This document shows positions 63,221 to 64,000 of a DNA stretch of 64,000 nt, in pieces. This DNA comes from a virus (Duplodnaviria > Heunggongvirae > Uroviricota > Caudoviricetes). Below the pieces are notes generated by a model. It was not told the origin of the DNA and made no database searches. It was given only the letters and a program-made list of their open reading frames with translations. The stretch's first letter is position 1. Each line of letters starts with the position of its first letter. The DNA lies in the IMG/VR virus record IMGVR_UViG_3300023203_000736. One strand, given 5' to 3'. The translations under genes and the position numbers were made by a program.

Positions 63221-64000
63221 CTACTTCATTGCGGCTTCACCATGACATAGGTTCACGATCTTCCTGACAAGCTCCTTATGGCCGAAGTAGTGATCGAAGA
63301 CCTTCCGTGGCTCAACAACCGAACGAACCATTGTGCGATGCTTGTGAGAAACGCATTTTGCGCAGAGGATGATCTTATCGGCGTTCCTTGGTACGTTCTC
63401 CGCCCGCAACCTGTCAACCTCAATGAACTCAAGATCGCAAAGGTGGCCAACCTTGTCGCGGATATGACGCCATTCGTCGCCCGTCCAACCTATCACCGCA
63501 ATCCTCTTCCGCCTGCCATTCGGCGGGAGCGGCTTGGCGCGATTCACGGTCGGCACGGGTTTCGAGTCCGGCATCTGGACAGAAATGCAGGTCGGCTCTG
63601 CCATCTGCTCAACAACCCGCCTCGCAACCACGGCCGCGAGATCGCCAGTTGTCATCGCACAGAGGATTTGATCCGCAGAGAATACGTTGGTCACATCCTC
63701 CGGCGTCATCAATTGACAGAGACGAGGGAGAAAACGCTGGCGCAATTCTTCATCCGTGAGACCCGTCAGTATTTCCTCCCTGGTTGCCGGTGCATTTTGG
63801 TGGCGGCTTAGTTTCTCGGCAAGCTCATCGCACTTCTCCGCCTTGGCTTGAATGTCACGATCCATCCCCTGGATTCGCTCGACCAACGGCTGCAAAGCAG
63901 CCGTTGGCAATATGCCAGGGCGTTGCCTGTCCTTGGGGAATTGCTTCTGTGCTCGGTTCGCCAGCGTGGCGATCGAATCAGGTGAGTTCCGACGCATTGA
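63221..64000 (-). CDS. Hypothetical protein that may continue beyond the window end.
   Basis: There is an ATG at 63997, but the reading frame stays open to the window edge. Confidence 0.4.
   Translation of the reverse strand, partial: SMRRNSPDSIATLANRAQKQFPKDRQRPGILPTAALQPLVERIQGMDRDIQAKAEKCDELAEKLSRHQNAPATREEILTGLTDEELRQRFLPRLCQLMTPEDVTNVFSADQILCAMTTGDLAAVVARRVVEQMAEPTCISVQMPDSKPVPTVNRAKPLPPNGRRKRIAVIGWTGDEWRHIRDKVGHLCDLEFIEVDRLRAENVPRNADKIILCAKCVSHKHRTMVRSVVEPRKVFDHYFGHKELVRKIVNLCHGEAAMK

Overview
This 64-kb, high-GC window reads as one contiguous segment of a tailed dsDNA phage or prophage. Almost all genes lie on the minus strand and are tightly packed. There are at least 13 start/stop overlaps of the ATGA type (one GTGA); 8 of them link the ten consecutive genes from 3547 to 9856, with two more groups at 10133-12606 and 26388-30411, which suggests translational coupling.

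Layout, right to left on the minus strand:
- 63-57 kb: small genes, a lysis-like cluster (thioredoxin lipoprotein, membrane proteins, two papain-fold peptidases).
- 57-30 kb: a siphovirus-type structural module (large terminase, portal, RGD-repeat protein, scaffold, capsid, head-tail joining, major tail, chaperones, 1273-aa tape measure, three tandem fibre paralogs, repeat-rich fibre, tail proteins).
- 30-26 kb: a plus-strand replication island (prim-pol/SF3 primase-helicase, P-loop kinase, DnaQ exonuclease).
- 26-1 kb: a long minus-strand early region. In order it holds ParB-like proteins, an SNF2 helicase, an HTH-phosphoesterase and tRNA-Asn. The Rsr module follows, then family A DNA polymerase, a nuclease, a sigma-70 factor, a HAD nucleotidase, tRNA-Thr, a metallophosphoesterase and an ATP-dependent DNA ligase. 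Next come two DNA methyltransferases, an Rnl5-like RNA ligase, a second HAD nucleotidase, a PD-(D/E)xK-like nuclease, a GNAT and a class-II-like ribonucleotide reductase that runs off the window.

The most striking feature is a Ro60/Rsr module. The Rsr gene (TROVE plus vWA, 16301-17935) is preceded on the same strand by a tandem array of four Y-RNA-like elements. Two of these are tRNA-like molecules (acceptor, D and T arms) whose anticodon arm is replaced by the Y-RNA Ro-binding signature (GGGCC-GAAG ... GUUAUC). The other two are stem-loops carrying the same bulged-C helix and sit in the 25-160 nt directly upstream of the Rsr start codon. An Rnl5-type RNA ligase, phosphoesterases and HAD phosphatases elsewhere on the operon are consistent with a phage RNA repair / RNA quality-control system, but that link is inference.

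Other notable points are a family A DNA polymerase with two inserted DnaJ-type CxxCxGxG zinc-finger arrays, a 38-nt element repeated exactly at the stop codons of two genes, and a promoter-like 36-nt motif present three times.

All calls come from reading the six-frame translations and the DNA by eye. No database search was run, start codons are best guesses, and RNA ends are accurate to only a few nucleotides.
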